A model generated the notes under the pieces. The model searched no databases, was not told the origin of the DNA, and saw only the letters and a list, made by a program, of their open reading frames with translations. The translations under genes were made by a program, and so were the position numbers. A stretch of 64,000 bases of DNA from a virus (lineage: Duplodnaviria; Caudoviricetes), in the IMG/VR virus record IMGVR_UViG_3300032219_001391, positions 13,220-77,219 of that record; one strand, 5' to 3'. This document shows, one piece after another, positions 26,641 through 38,514 of this stretch. Each line of letters starts with the position of its first letter. Position 1 is the stretch's first letter.

Positions 26641-28250
26641 TTACAATAGGTTATAGTACAAGAAGTCATAAACCTGAGTTTATTGAGTATTTGAAAAGTG
26701 CGGCAGGACATCCAAAAGTACAAATCATTGAAAAGGTAAATAATGGTGAAAAATCATTATCTCAAGTATATAATGAAATTATTGAAGAATCTGAATTTGA
26801 TATTGTGGTGTTGTGTCACGATGACTTATATTTTGATTCAAAAAAGTTTGCATTAAAGATTGAAAAACATTTTTCTAAATCAGACTACGGAATATTAGGT
26901 GTTGCAGGTACCCCTGAAATGCCAAAATCTGGTATGTGGTGGGAAGGTAGAAGAATGTTGGGTATTGTTAATCACGAACACGAAGGAAACAAATGGGAAA
27001 ACAAATACTCTGAAGATTTAGGTAACCAAATTAGAACCGCAGCTGTTGTTGATGGTTTGTTTATTGCATTACATAAACAAAGAATTTCCAAAACTTTTGA
27101 TGAGACAGTAGAGGGATTTCACTTCTATGACATTAACTTCTCTTTTAGAAACCTTTTAGATGGGGTTAAAATTGGTGTTATTTTTGACGTTAGAATTACT
27201 CACTTATCTATTGGTATGACCAATGATAGTTGGGAAAAAAACAAACAGATTTTTGCTGAAAAATATAAAGAACAATTACCAAGAAGAGTAAAACTGAGAG
27301 AAGATGAAAAATTAAAAATTTTAATAACTTGTTTGAGTTTTAGGACATTTACAGGATCTGAAATGTATGTGTATGAATTATCTAAGAAATTAAAATCATT
27401 AGGTCACGATGTTACAGTATGTTCAGAAATTGGGGGACCTTTAACAATGAAGGCAAACAATGAAGGGATTAAAACTGTTTCATTAAGAGAACCACCAGGG
27501 TTTAAATTAGGTGATGGTAAGTCTAGTATACAAACACCTGAAGGTGTATTTGTTACTCAACCTAACCAATTATATTTTGTAAAAGACACTAACTTTGATC
27601 TTATATTAACACAACATACACCAATTAATAGATATATGTGTCAAATATATCCAAACACAGATAAGATCAATATCATTCACTCCGAAAAGGCAATAAGATC
27701 CGCAACAGAAATGTTAGAAGAACCCTTTATCCATCCATCAATAAGAAAATACATAGCAATCAGACCATCAATTAAAGAACATTTGGTTGATAACTTTTCA
27801 ATTGATGAAAATATGATTGATGTGGTATATAATCCATTTGATGAAAATAGATTTAATACTAAAAATACATCAGATAATGGGTTTACATTATTCGTAGGAA
27901 CCATTGATTATCTTAGAAAAGAAATGTTGTTTGACATTGCGGAGAAAACAAAAGAAGAGGGTAGAGATTTATACTTAGTAGGTGCTGACCACGGAAACTA
28001 TTTAAGTGATTTATTAAAATATGACCATGTGAAGAAGTTTGATCCTGTGTATGATATTGAAAGATTTACCAAAAAATGTCACAATACTGTTGGTATATTA
28101 TTAGGTAGGACGACTATTGAGGGATGGATGTGTGGAAAACCAGGTTGGATCTACTACGTAGACAATGATGGTTACATTTTAAATAAAGAATATACCGAAC
28201 CAAACTATGATTCGGTTAAATGTGATATGAATAAATTATTGGAAATATGA
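26637..28250 (+). CDS. two-domain glycosyltransferase (GT-A plus GT-B)
   Basis: VVLCHDD, VVDGLF, GFHFYD (GT2-like); second half FTGSEMYVYEL...GRTTIEGWMCG (GT4-like). Confidence 0.75.
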   Translation: MITIGYSTRSHKPEFIEYLKSAAGHPKVQIIEKVNNGEKSLSQVYNEIIEESEFDIVVLCHDDLYFDSKKFALKIEKHFSKSDYGILGVAGTPEMPKSGMWWEGRRMLGIVNHEHEGNKWENKYSEDLGNQIRTAAVVDGLFIALHKQRISKTFDETVEGFHFYDINFSFRNLLDGVKIGVIFDVRITHLSIGMTNDSWEKNKQIFAEKYKEQLPRRVKLREDEKLKILITCLSFRTFTGSEMYVYELSKKLKSLGHDVTVCSEIGGPLTMKANNEGIKTVSLREPPGFKLGDGKSSIQTPEGVFVTQPNQLYFVKDTNFDLILTQHTPINRYMCQIYPNTDKINIIHSEKAIRSATEMLEEPFIHPSIRKYIAIRPSIKEHLVDNFSIDENMIDVVYNPFDENRFNTKNTSDNGFTLFVGTIDYLRKEMLFDIAEKTKEEGRDLYLVGADHGNYLSDLLKYDHVKKFDPVYDIERFTKKCHNTVGILLGRTTIEGWMCGKPGWIYYVDNDGYILNKEYTEPNYDSVKCDMNKLLEI

Positions 28251-28915
28251 AATTACTTATAAAGTTTCCTACCAGAGGTAGGCCCGAAAAGTTTCTCAAT
28301 ACCTTAAAATTATATTATCAAAATTGTACTGATATTGATAATATAATTTTCTTGATAACAATTGATCAAGATGATCCATCAATGAATAGTCCTGATATAA
28401 TTGATCAATTGAAAACTATGAAAAATCTATATTTCTTTATAGAAAAAAGTACATCTAAAGTTGACGCGGTAAATAGAGACTTAGATAAATTTGATCAAGA
28501 ATGGGATATTGTATTACTAGCATCTGATGATATGATACCACAAACTAAAGGATACGATGTTATAATAAAAAAATTAATGAAAGAACATTTTTCAGATACT
28601 GATGGTGTTCTACATTTTAATGATGGATATCAAAAGGAAACATTAAATACTTTATGTGTATTAGGTAAAAAATATTATAATAGGTTTAATTACATCTATT
28701 ATCCAGGATACAAATCATGTTGGTCAGATAATGAGTTTATGGAGGTTTCACGATTATTAAATAAAACCATTTATTTTGATTTTATAATAATACGTCACGA
28801 ACATCCTGATTGGGGGCATGGTAATCACGACATAATACATACTAAAAATCAAATAGATTATGAATTTGATCAAAATCTGTTTTTAACAAGAAAACAAAAT
28901 AATTTTAATATATGA
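28247..28915 (+). CDS. GT-A glycosyltransferase
   Basis: KFPTRGRP, LLASDDM, WSDNEF. Confidence 0.7.
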   Translation: MKLLIKFPTRGRPEKFLNTLKLYYQNCTDIDNIIFLITIDQDDPSMNSPDIIDQLKTMKNLYFFIEKSTSKVDAVNRDLDKFDQEWDIVLLASDDMIPQTKGYDVIIKKLMKEHFSDTDGVLHFNDGYQKETLNTLCVLGKKYYNRFNYIYYPGYKSCWSDNEFMEVSRLLNKTIYFDFIIIRHEHPDWGHGNHDIIHTKNQIDYEFDQNLFLTRKQNNFNI

Positions 28916-29742
28916 GAGTAGCTATAAACACTATGGTAAAAAACGAAGAAATATTACTTTCAAATGTTTTACCTATTTGGAAATCTTATCCTGTTGACCA
29001 TTTCATTTTCTATGATGATAACTCATCAGACAATACTTTAAGTGTGATTCAAAATATTTTACCCAAAGAAAAGATAATCATTATTAATGATAATTTAGAA
29101 AAATTCAATGAGGGATATCAAAGACAGCAGATGATTAATAAATCAAGAGAATTAAATGTTGACTATGTGATTTGTTTAGATGCCGATGAACTACTAAGTG
29201 CCAGTATTACAAGAGATTTTAAAAAATTTTTAAGTATATATGATAATACAAACTTATATTTATATTGGTTTAATATCGTAAACGATTCTTTAAATTATTA
29301 TAGATCAGATCCTCAATATATTAATAATTATAGATCATTTGTACTTCCTTTAAAGTACACATCTAATTTAGATACTAATTTATGGCAATATCATACACCT
29401 AGAACTCCAAATATAAACTTACCATCCTCACACACAAAAGAATATGGTATTATACACTTACAATCTGCAAATAAAAAGTATTATACATTTAAACAATTAT
29501 GGTATAAACATTATGAATATTTAAATTATAAACATACTGTTGAATTCGTTAATCAACGATACGATCCTGTGGTAAATAATTTAACATTTAATGAAACAAC
29601 AACACCTAACAATATAATAGATGGAATTACAATTAATTTATCATTTTTTGAAGGATTAGAGGTTACTAAAGGTTATTATGATTTTGTAAAAAATAATTTA
29701 AATAAAGAATTATTAACATTTGGTAAAGAGTATTTTTTATGA
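28912..29742 (+). CDS. GT2-like glycosyltransferase
   Basis: MVKNEE, FYDDNSSDNT, CLDADE. Confidence 0.8.
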   Translation: MRVAINTMVKNEEILLSNVLPIWKSYPVDHFIFYDDNSSDNTLSVIQNILPKEKIIIINDNLEKFNEGYQRQQMINKSRELNVDYVICLDADELLSASITRDFKKFLSIYDNTNLYLYWFNIVNDSLNYYRSDPQYINNYRSFVLPLKYTSNLDTNLWQYHTPRTPNINLPSSHTKEYGIIHLQSANKKYYTFKQLWYKHYEYLNYKHTVEFVNQRYDPVVNNLTFNETTTPNNIIDGITINLSFFEGLEVTKGYYDFVKNNLNKELLTFGKEYFL

Positions 29743-30479
29743 ACTTAACAATAGGAATAACAACCTTTTCTAAACGATTTGGATTTTTAGAAAAATTAGT
29801 AGGTCAAATTCGTTCTTTTGTTGATTACCCAATAATATTAACAATTAATGGTGAAAAAGACGGTAAAACAGATGACCAATATTTAAAAAATGTTTTATCT
29901 TTATGTCAGAGATATAATCAAATATATCCTACATTCTTTTTAGAAACTAGAGGGTTATCTAAAATGTGGAACACTATAGTTATTAACTCACCTAATGACA
30001 ATATTTTAATATTAAATGATGATGTGGAGATTATCAGTAATGAAATTTTTATAAAATGTGAAGAAGTTTTTAAATCAAACCATTTCCAAGGAATTGTAAA
30101 AATGAACTCATCATTTTCTCATTTTTTAGTTGATAAAAAAATAATTGAAGAGTTGTCATTTTTTGATGAAAGATTAATTGGTTTTGGGGAAGAAGATGGT
30201 GACATAACTTACAGAATGTTAAAAATGAATAAAACAATAGGTAATGTACACGTTAATGGGTTAATAAATATTGTTTCAGAAATAAGACATGATCATATAA
30301 AATCAGGTATTGGTAAATATTCAAAATTTAATCGTGAATTTATCTATGTTCATAAGTATATGACAGATTACAATAGTACAATAAGAGGTATGTTTGACAC
30401 TCCGATGAGGGAAAACTTAGAGAATATACCACAATATCCGTATGAGTTATTTTTTAGGAAAAATAAATCTAATTTATGA
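29739..30479 (+). CDS. GT2-like glycosyltransferase
   Basis: ILILNDD, FFDERLIGFGEEDGD. Confidence 0.75.
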   Translation: MNLTIGITTFSKRFGFLEKLVGQIRSFVDYPIILTINGEKDGKTDDQYLKNVLSLCQRYNQIYPTFFLETRGLSKMWNTIVINSPNDNILILNDDVEIISNEIFIKCEEVFKSNHFQGIVKMNSSFSHFLVDKKIIEELSFFDERLIGFGEEDGDITYRMLKMNKTIGNVHVNGLINIVSEIRHDHIKSGIGKYSKFNREFIYVHKYMTDYNSTIRGMFDTPMRENLENIPQYPYELFFRKNKSNL

Positions 30480-31696
30480 AAAAAATAATTAAATTACAAG
30501 ATTTAAAACCTTTCATAAATTTATTTGTGAAAGATGAAAATGATAGAGAAATAAATATTTATCATTTAAATAATGTACAATTTTATCAAAATAATACATA
30601 TTACCCAAACGTATTATTAGATAGTGATTATGGTATAATTGACCCAGTGAATGAAACAATACAATCATTAAAAAGTATCTCATTTGATAAATTAAATACT
30701 ACAAAAAGTGAAGTTCTGGGTTTTAATGATCAACCTTTATTTTTCTTCATATATAATACTGATAATTATTATCATTTTATTTATGATACCTTACCATATT
30801 TGATTAGTTTTTTTGAATTAAAAAAACGTATTCCAAATTTAAAACTTTTAATGAATTATCCTAATAATCAAAAAATAAACAATTATAAATTTGTTGATGA
30901 GTTTTTAAATATATTATCAATAACCGAAAATGATATACAAATTGTAAACAGTTACACCGAATACCGTAATCTATACATATCAAATTCATATACACATGAT
31001 AATAAATCTAACTTACCACCTAGAAATGAAATTTATGAACTGTATAATAATATAGTTAAAATTGTGACAAATAAAAACCCTGTCTATCAAGAACTACCTA
31101 AAAATATTTACATATCAAGGAGGACTTGGATTAATAAAGACACTTCTAATATTGGTACTAACTACACAACAAGACGAAAATTAGTAAATGAGGATGAAGT
31201 TGTTGAATATTTAAAATCTAAAAATTTTGTTGAGGTTTTTACTGAAAATCTATCAACTGAGGAAAAAATTCTTTTATTTGATTCTGCTGAACACATTGTC
31301 GGTCCGATTGGTGGTGGATTGTGTAATGTTCTTTTTTCTAAAGAACACACTAAACTTGATGTCATTAATTCCCCTCATTTTTTTGAGATTAATAAAAGAT
31401 TTATCTTCTCATTCAACAATGTTAGATATAATATAATTAACATTTCGTCTCATGTGGAAGAGGGTGAAATTAAAAAATATATGAGAGTCAAATTTGACAA
31501 TATGGTTGGAGAAGTTATTGATATAAATGATAATATCATTATAATTAATGTTAGTGATATTGACGTGGCTGGATGGAATAATAATAATCAGTATATGAAA
31601 ATAACAAAAAAAATGGGGGAGGTTGAAAAGTTGGATGAGGGTTTAAATTCGGAATGGGAAATAAACATGAAAAAATTAAAAGAAATTATATGTTAA
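30476..31696 (+). CDS. GT61/DUF563-family glycosyltransferase
   Basis: NYYHFIYDTLP, IYISRR, RKLVNEDEV, IVGPIGGGLCN. Confidence 0.8.
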   Translation: MKKIIKLQDLKPFINLFVKDENDREINIYHLNNVQFYQNNTYYPNVLLDSDYGIIDPVNETIQSLKSISFDKLNTTKSEVLGFNDQPLFFFIYNTDNYYHFIYDTLPYLISFFELKKRIPNLKLLMNYPNNQKINNYKFVDEFLNILSITENDIQIVNSYTEYRNLYISNSYTHDNKSNLPPRNEIYELYNNIVKIVTNKNPVYQELPKNIYISRRTWINKDTSNIGTNYTTRRKLVNEDEVVEYLKSKNFVEVFTENLSTEEKILLFDSAEHIVGPIGGGLCNVLFSKEHTKLDVINSPHFFEINKRFIFSFNNVRYNIINISSHVEEGEIKKYMRVKFDNMVGEVIDINDNIIIINVSDIDVAGWNNNNQYMKITKKMGEVEKLDEGLNSEWEINMKKLKEIIC

Positions 31697-32490
31697 ATTT
31701 TGTGATTTATACCCACACAGATTACTTAGACGTATTAACAATACAAACTGATTATTGTGAAAAAATTTATAATAAAGTCTTGTTCATCAATGAAAATAGT
31801 TTAGACCTTAGTGACATTTACTCTAAATATGAACGAGTTTGTTTTTATAAAAATGAGGACCCGTACTCAAAAAGGTTAATACAATGCCTAAATCAAATAG
31901 AAGATGATTATATTGTTTTTTTTCACGATATTGATATTCTAATTAATATGAACCCAAATACAATTATAACACTACATGATTTTTTAAAAACTAAAAAATA
32001 CGATAGGATTGATTTAAAACATACCGAATCAATTAATTCGTCGTTAATCTATGAATGTTTAAATATTCATGATCATTTAACTTGGGGTAAATGTGATACT
32101 GTTAATGATACTAATATGTTTTTAATTAAACAAGATGACCCGAGAGAGTATATATACAATGTTAATCCGTCAATATGGAGAAGAGAAACTTTATTAGAAA
32201 TAATGAATAAGTTCCCAACTAAGACATACAGAACAATTGAAGATATGGATGTTCAGTTATTTTGTAAAAAATATAATATATTTAAACTTTACTCAAAACA
32301 TAAATACGAATGTGGTTATTTTAATTGTGTTGAAGATTTCAAATTCTTACATATCTCACACAATGGTAAATTACTACCATTAAATGATTATAGAACCGTT
32401 TATGGTCAATCATATTTGGATGTTAAAGATGAATACGAAAGTATTGTAAATAAATTTGATTTAAAAAAAAATAATAAATGGATAAATTAA
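31690..32490 (+). CDS. putative glycosyltransferase
   Basis: [26 protein letters not shown]; ATG 31690 preferred. Confidence 0.55.
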   Translation: MLNFVIYTHTDYLDVLTIQTDYCEKIYNKVLFINENSLDLSDIYSKYERVCFYKNEDPYSKRLIQCLNQIEDDYIVFFHDIDILINMNPNTIITLHDFLKTKKYDRIDLKHTESINSSLIYECLNIHDHLTWGKCDTVNDTNMFLIKQDDPREYIYNVNPSIWRRETLLEIMNKFPTKTYRTIEDMDVQLFCKKYNIFKLYSKHKYECGYFNCVEDFKFLHISHNGKLLPLNDYRTVYGQSYLDVKDEYESIVNKFDLKKNNKWIN

Positions 32491-33233
32491 AACCTGTTTT
32501 TATTATTGCTCATAAATATTTTAGAGGATATACATCATACTTAAAACATTATATTGAAAATATTTTTAAGTTTTACGGTAACAATTGTTTAATTATTATT
32601 GTTGATAATAATTCTAACTATCCTAGCGACGTTTTTAGTACATTACCTGTTAATGATAATTTAATAATATTAAATAATGATATTGCCTGTAAATTTGAAT
32701 TAGGTGCTTATCAAGTGGGGATTAAATACATATTGGATAATAATATATTAAATAATTACGACTACTACGTATGTACTCAAGATAATTTTATTATTAAAAA
32801 TAAAGTAGATTTTGATCAGTTATTTAAATCAAATGTTTTTGCATGTCCAATTAATTCTTATTATCAGGATGGTGGTCATATGGACATTTGTAATTATGTA
32901 CTAAATAGATTGAATTTAAACAATAACATAGACAAATTAACATTTTGTTGGTGTAGTAGTTTTATTGTCCATAGGGATAAGATTGAACAATTATACAATT
33001 ATCTAACCCAAATAATTATAACTGTTAGGAGAGAAAGTGAGGCGTCTGAAAGATATCTTGCTAGAATATTATGGGAATTAAATAATTATAAAAACAATGA
33101 TATTGATGGTGATATTCGGGATTTAAAGGAACGTCATTATTACTGTTGGGATGTAGACCCATTATCTCCAGCGACTTCCTTTTTTGTAAAAAGAGTTCAA
33201 CAAAAAAATGAACTTACCCAAGATATATTATGA
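32478..33233 (+). CDS. putative glycosyltransferase
   Basis: IIVDNNS, FELGAY, YVCTQD; cluster context. Confidence 0.5.
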   Translation: MDKLKPVFIIAHKYFRGYTSYLKHYIENIFKFYGNNCLIIIVDNNSNYPSDVFSTLPVNDNLIILNNDIACKFELGAYQVGIKYILDNNILNNYDYYVCTQDNFIIKNKVDFDQLFKSNVFACPINSYYQDGGHMDICNYVLNRLNLNNNIDKLTFCWCSSFIVHRDKIEQLYNYLTQIIITVRRESEASERYLARILWELNNYKNNDIDGDIRDLKERHYYCWDVDPLSPATSFFVKRVQQKNELTQDIL

Positions 33234-34138
33234 GTTTAAAAAAAGTTAATAATTCTTTAATTTCATATTATGAAATACCACCATTACACATAAGTGAATA
33301 TTATAACTATTGTTTAAATATTTTAATTAATTTATTGTCAAAGACAGATTTTAGTTTAAATATTATATTTGGGGATATACCAACAAATTTTAATAACAAA
33401 AACAAAATTATTAAAATTGATATTCAATGTGAGCATACATTGGTATTAAAAGGTGGTAGAGGTGTGACTGAAGAAATATTTGGCAATACTATGAACGAAA
33501 ATAACGAACCTTACCTAATACGAGTAGATAGATATAATTATCTGAATAGTATTGATTTTGTCATTGACTATAGTTTTCCCAATCTCTTCAATATAACAAG
33601 TAATAACTATTTTAATCAGTTCAGTAAAAAAATATTAGTAGTTTCACCAATAATATATGATGTGAATACTTCAAATAAAGAAAAAACTGATTCAATCACT
33701 ATGTTCACTAACATTAACAACCCTAGAAGGGATCAAATGTTAAATAATTTAAAAAAAGTAGATCCTAAATTTAAAAATATAACGGATTGTTTTTCTTCTA
33801 AAGATATCACAAGACTTTATAAAACAACTAAAATATTAGTAAATATACATCAAACAGACCATCATCATACTTTTGAAGAATTACGTGTTTTACCTGCGTT
33901 AACTCAAGGGGTTTTAGTCATTAGTGAAAATGTACCATTAAAGGATAAAATACCATATCATGAACATATTATATGGTCAGATTATGATGATATACCAAAC
34001 ACTTTAATGTATGTTCAAAACAATTATGAAATGATTTATAATAAAGTTTTTAATGATAGTCTATTTAAAAAATTTGAATTAATGTTATTAAATAATAATC
34101 AAGAATTTGCTAAAATTTTTAATATAGAAAACGAATGA
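33230..34138 (+). CDS. putative GT-B glycosyltransferase
   Basis: KILVNIH...[16 protein letters not shown]. Confidence 0.6.
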   Translation: MSLKKVNNSLISYYEIPPLHISEYYNYCLNILINLLSKTDFSLNIIFGDIPTNFNNKNKIIKIDIQCEHTLVLKGGRGVTEEIFGNTMNENNEPYLIRVDRYNYLNSIDFVIDYSFPNLFNITSNNYFNQFSKKILVVSPIIYDVNTSNKEKTDSITMFTNINNPRRDQMLNNLKKVDPKFKNITDCFSSKDITRLYKTTKILVNIHQTDHHHTFEELRVLPALTQGVLVISENVPLKDKIPYHEHIIWSDYDDIPNTLMYVQNNYEMIYNKVFNDSLFKKFELMLLNNNQEFAKIFNIENE

Positions 34139-35577
34139 CGGCAGCAATATTAATTTCCGGTTATTTAAGATCTTATGATAACATTATAAAGTATGTTCAA
34201 ACAGATTTGATAAATCATTTTGATGAGTATGATGTATTCATTCACATAACTAAAAATGAAAGTAAGGAAGACAAATATTTAAACCTAATTGACGAAGAAA
34301 CAGATATTAAAAAAATTATAAATAAATTAAAACCTAAAAGTGTTTTAATTGAGGAAAATGAACACTATACTAAATCTACAAATATTGATTCCACAATAAA
34401 TCAATGGGCTAAGCTTTATAGATTAAACACTATTAAGACAAGTTATGAAATCCTTGAAGGTAAAAAATATGATGTAGTTATAAGATTACGTCCTGACCTA
34501 CATATAAAAACTAATAATATTTTTAATATAAAATGTAAAGAAAATACAATTTATGTCCCAAAGGATAGTAAAATTGACCATACAAAATTGTTAAATATTA
34601 ATGATGAATACCTTTGTGACGCAATTGCGTTTGGGACATCAGAAAGTATGGACAAATACTTTTTAATTTACGAGAACATATATAATAACATAAAAAAATA
34701 TGGATATATCTCAGAGACATTATTAATTAATCACCTAAGAGACGTAAATCTTAAGGTAAAAAAAATGAATATAGATTATAGTTTTATCTTATCAAAGTGT
34801 AATGTATTTGCAATATGTGGTGATTCTGGTTCAGGAAAAAGTACATTAAGTGAAATACTAAAAGGGTTGTTTAAGGATTCTTTTACCCTTGAATGTGATA
34901 GATATCACAAATGGGAAAGGGGTAACAAAAATTGGTCAAAATTTACTCATTTAAATCCGAGTGCCAATTATATTGAAAAGATGAAGGAAGATGTTTTTAA
35001 TCTTAAAATTGGTAAAGAAATTTATCAGGTTGATTATGACCATAAAACAGGTAAATTTACAGAACAACAACAAATAGATCCGTCAAATAATTTAATAATT
35101 TGTGGTTTACATACAATATATGATGAAAAAATAAACTCACTATATGATGTTAAAATATTTATGGATCCACAAAAAGAACTTAAATATAAATGGAAAATCA
35201 TTAGAGACGTTAAACATAGAGGATATAGTATTGAAAAAGTACTTGAGTCTATCAAACAAAGAGAATCTGATTATGAAAAATATATACTACCTCAAAAAGA
35301 TAATGCTAATATAGTTGTTAGTTTTTTTAGTAAGAACGAAATAAAAATGTATGATTTGGATGATGAGGATGAGATCGGATTAAAAATTACATTAGATAAA
35401 GATATCAATATTGAGTACATTAACAATATATTAAGTAACTCCAACATTAGTTATGAAAAAATAGAAGAAAATGATAAAACCTCATTCATATTCAACAACT
35501 ACACCCCCTCCCCACTTATAAAAAATTATGTAAATAATTTTTATGATTATGTGATTTTATTTATCCTGAATTTGTAA
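34135..35577 (+). CDS. fusion: putative GT-like domain plus phosphoribulokinase/uridine-kinase-family kinase
   Basis: N-terminal AILISGYLR...DAIAFG; C-terminal ICGDSGSGKST, DRYH...THLNPSAN, RDVKHRG. Confidence 0.75.
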   Translation: MTAAILISGYLRSYDNIIKYVQTDLINHFDEYDVFIHITKNESKEDKYLNLIDEETDIKKIINKLKPKSVLIEENEHYTKSTNIDSTINQWAKLYRLNTIKTSYEILEGKKYDVVIRLRPDLHIKTNNIFNIKCKENTIYVPKDSKIDHTKLLNINDEYLCDAIAFGTSESMDKYFLIYENIYNNIKKYGYISETLLINHLRDVNLKVKKMNIDYSFILSKCNVFAICGDSGSGKSTLSEILKGLFKDSFTLECDRYHKWERGNKNWSKFTHLNPSANYIEKMKEDVFNLKIGKEIYQVDYDHKTGKFTEQQQIDPSNNLIICGLHTIYDEKINSLYDVKIFMDPQKELKYKWKIIRDVKHRGYSIEKVLESIKQRESDYEKYILPQKDNANIVVSFFSKNEIKMYDLDDEDEIGLKITLDKDINIEYINNILSNSNISYEKIEENDKTSFIFNNYTPSPLIKNYVNNFYDYVILFILNL

Positions 35578-35600
35578 TTTACTATTACCTTTAAAAACGG

Positions 35601-35608
35601 TATATTTG
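35601..35608 (+). promoter_or_regulatory. Bacteroidota-type -7 element
   Basis: TATATTTG 19 nt before ATG 35628; no well-spaced -33 element. Confidence 0.45.
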
Positions 35609-35627
35609 TTATATAACACTAATATAA

Positions 35628-36278
35628 ATGAATACCGACTTATTAAATTTATCTAAATCTATATCTAAATATGTTGTTGGTATGGAGGGTAACATATCAA
35701 GAAAAAACAAAAATAGTATTACAATAAAGGCTAGTGGTGCTAAGATAAATAACATTACAAATGATGATTTTGTTGATGTTGATTTTGATGGTACTCAACT
35801 AAATAATTTTGACAAAAAGGGTAGTATTGAGTTGGGGTTTCATCTTTTCTTATTAAGTAATTTTGATATAAAATATGTCTCACATACACATCCTACAAAT
35901 ACTTTAAAGATACTGACAACAAACAAGTCAAAATTATTTGCGGAAAAAAGATTCTTTCCTGATCAAGTTGTTTTTAATGGTAAAAAGTCATGTTTAGTTC
36001 CCTACGCAAAACCAGGTGTTGATTTGACAAATAGTATTAAAAAATCAATCCATTCATTCATATCTGAGGAGAATTTTTTTCCAAAACTAATATTATTAGA
36101 AAATCACGGAATAATTGTATGTGGTAACACTATAGATGAATGTACGATAATTACAGAAATTTGTGAAAAGTCTGCAGAAATTTTTCTAACTCAATTTGAA
36201 ATAAACTATTTAAGTGATTCTGAAATCAATAACTTAATTACTGATAAAAATGAAATATATAGACTTAGTAAAGTATGA
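35628..36278 (+). CDS. class II aldolase/adducin-family protein
   Basis: EGNIS, SIELGFH, VSHTHP, LLENHGIIVCG. Confidence 0.85.
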   Translation: MNTDLLNLSKSISKYVVGMEGNISRKNKNSITIKASGAKINNITNDDFVDVDFDGTQLNNFDKKGSIELGFHLFLLSNFDIKYVSHTHPTNTLKILTTNKSKLFAEKRFFPDQVVFNGKKSCLVPYAKPGVDLTNSIKKSIHSFISEENFFPKLILLENHGIIVCGNTIDECTIITEICEKSAEIFLTQFEINYLSDSEINNLITDKNEIYRLSKV

Positions 36279-36568
36279 AAATAATATACGTAGATATTGA
36301 CGAAACAATATGTGTAACGTCGGAAGATAGAAAATATGAAAACTCAAAACCAATATTTAAAAACATTAGTAAAATTAATAAACTTTACGATGAGGGAAAT
36401 ACAATAGTATATTGGACTGCAAGAGGTAGTAGAAAACAGATTAATTGGTATGATTTAACTTTGGAGCAATTAAATAATTGGGGTGCGAAATTTCACGAAC
36501 TAAGAGTAGATAAACCATATTACGATCTCTTTATTGATGATAAAACATGTGACATTAAAGATATATGA
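36275..36568 (+). CDS. small HAD-family phosphatase (capsule-biosynthesis type)
   Basis: YVDIDETI, YWTARG, KP...LFIDDK. Confidence 0.85.
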   Translation: MKIIYVDIDETICVTSEDRKYENSKPIFKNISKINKLYDEGNTIVYWTARGSRKQINWYDLTLEQLNNWGAKFHELRVDKPYYDLFIDDKTCDIKDI

Positions 36569-37446
36569 ATTTTTCTTTAGACAAGATAACCATTTCATCT
36601 TATGAAATGGGTTTTATTTTAATAAAAAATAATAGTGGTTTCTGTTATGATGAAAATAAATCGTTTATTTTAGAGTCTAACGATTCTTGTTACCTTTTTA
36701 ATGGTATTTGTAATCCACCACAAATTGTTTCTGAAGATACGTTTTTAAATTTTAAGATAATTCCATTTTTAACCAATTTCCACACTGGAGTACATGCGTA
36801 TTCAGGTATATATTCAATGTTAAATGAGTATATGAAAAACTATAATTTATATGTTGATTATAAAATTTGTGTTTATAAAAACATACAAAAAGGAATTTTA
36901 GACATATTATATGAATTTTTTGATAAATCAAAAATAGTATTATTAAATCAAGATATTGTTTATCGGTTTTCAGAAATAAAAATAATACCTAACTCATTAC
37001 ATAGTTTTTTAGAAAATAAAAACATAACTAAGGAAATATCTGAACTACTCATTACAAAAGTTAAAAAATCAAATAACGAGATATATCCAAAAAAAATAGC
37101 AATTTTTAAAACGTTTGATACCTCAGTAACATCAACAATGGGTGCTATAAATTTTGATGATGCTAAAAATTATTGTATAAATAATGGATATGATCTAATT
37201 ATACCTGAAAAATTAGGTGAAGTTAATTTAATTAACTATATTAATAATTGTGAAGAAATAATTTTTTCATGGGGTACCACTTTTATGAAAAATTTTATTT
37301 TTATTTCAGAAAAATGTTTAAAATCTAAAGTTTTTGTATTCGGTAATGAATTTAATTATGAATACAATGATGCTATAAGAAGAGATATATTAATACAAAA
37401 ATATAAAAATTGTACTTTTGAGTACGTAATAAACGAATTAAAGTAA
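36565..37446 (+). CDS. second GT61-like glycosyltransferase
   Basis: HAYSGIY...; IIPEKL..V.LI.YINN.E.II.SWG. Confidence 0.5.
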   Translation: MNFSLDKITISSYEMGFILIKNNSGFCYDENKSFILESNDSCYLFNGICNPPQIVSEDTFLNFKIIPFLTNFHTGVHAYSGIYSMLNEYMKNYNLYVDYKICVYKNIQKGILDILYEFFDKSKIVLLNQDIVYRFSEIKIIPNSLHSFLENKNITKEISELLITKVKKSNNEIYPKKIAIFKTFDTSVTSTMGAINFDDAKNYCINNGYDLIIPEKLGEVNLINYINNCEEIIFSWGTTFMKNFIFISEKCLKSKVFVFGNEFNYEYNDAIRRDILIQKYKNCTFEYVINELK

Positions 37447-37453
37447 ACTTAAA

Positions 37454-38071
37454 ATGGGTGATTATTTAATGAAATTTGAACAAGAGTATTTTGATACAAT
37501 AAAACACAATTGTGACATTATTTTTGACGTTGGGGTTGGGGATTTTTCAGTATTTTTTGAGGAACCTAATCTTGAGGTTCATTATTTTGAACCGTTTAAA
37601 AGATCATACGATTTGTTGAACGGTTTAGATATTAAAAATAAAAAATATTTTATAAATAACTTCGGTCTTAGCGATAGTAATGAAATTGTTCAATATTATG
37701 AGGAAGGGTCTCTCTTTGATAGAAAACTAACTAATAAAATATTAGAAGAGTGTCTTGTTAAGACTGGCAAAGAATATTGTATTGAAAATAATATTTCACA
37801 TATCGACTTTCTTAAAATAGACGTTGAGGGTATGGAAACTAAAGTACTTTTAGGGTTTGGTGATTTTCTAAAAAATGTTAGGTATATCCAATTTGAGTAT
37901 GGTATTGGATTACAAGATGCCGGAAGTAATTTATCCGAAATAACACAATTACTTAATGAGTATGGGTTTAAAGATTTTTATCGTGACGGTAACGTAAAAT
38001 TAGAAAATTCAAATGATTTTTGGCAATGGTGTAATATTAACAGTGAAAATGTAAATTTTATTAAAGAATGA
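37454..38071 (+). CDS. FkbM-family methyltransferase
   Basis: IFDVGVG, YFEP, FLKIDVEGME..VL.G, IQFEY. Confidence 0.85.
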   Translation: MGDYLMKFEQEYFDTIKHNCDIIFDVGVGDFSVFFEEPNLEVHYFEPFKRSYDLLNGLDIKNKKYFINNFGLSDSNEIVQYYEEGSLFDRKLTNKILEECLVKTGKEYCIENNISHIDFLKIDVEGMETKVLLGFGDFLKNVRYIQFEYGIGLQDAGSNLSEITQLLNEYGFKDFYRDGNVKLENSNDFWQWCNINSENVNFIKE

Positions 38072-38514
38072 TTAAAATATCACATAGAGGTAATATAACA
38101 GGGTCTAACGTTGAAAAAGAAAATCGTCCGAGTTATATTGACGTAGCATTACAATTAGGTTATAATGTTGAAATAGACATTAGATTTATTAATAACGAAT
38201 TTTGGTTAGGTCACGATTTTCCACAATACAAAGTAGATTTGAATTGGTTAAGTTTAAGAAAAGATAAATTATGGATACACTGTAAAGATAAAAATTCAGC
38301 ATCTGAATTTTTGAAATGTAATCAAGGTTTTAATTTTTTTTGTCACACTATGGATCATTATGTTTTAACAAGTTCCGGTCATATATGGTTACATGATTTG
38401 TCGTCTAATGTTGATGAAACAACAATAATACCCCTATTAAATTTGGAGGATATTGAAAACTATATTGGGAATGTTCCTTTTGCAATATGTTCTGATTATG
38501 TAAGTGTTTTATAA
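38068..38514 (+). CDS. minimal glycerophosphodiester-phosphodiesterase-like protein
   Basis: ISHRGN...EN, VEIDI, LGHD, WIHCK, ICSDY. Confidence 0.75.
   Translation: MIKISHRGNITGSNVEKENRPSYIDVALQLGYNVEIDIRFINNEFWLGHDFPQYKVDLNWLSLRKDKLWIHCKDKNSASEFLKCNQGFNFFCHTMDHYVLTSSGHIWLHDLSSNVDETTIIPLLNLEDIENYIGNVPFAICSDYVSVL

Noticed and set aside
34800-35577. Phosphoribulokinase as a Calvin-cycle AMG
   Set aside because: Fused to a GT-like domain and embedded in a glycan locus of a probable heterotroph phage; a sugar or nucleoside kinase role fits better.
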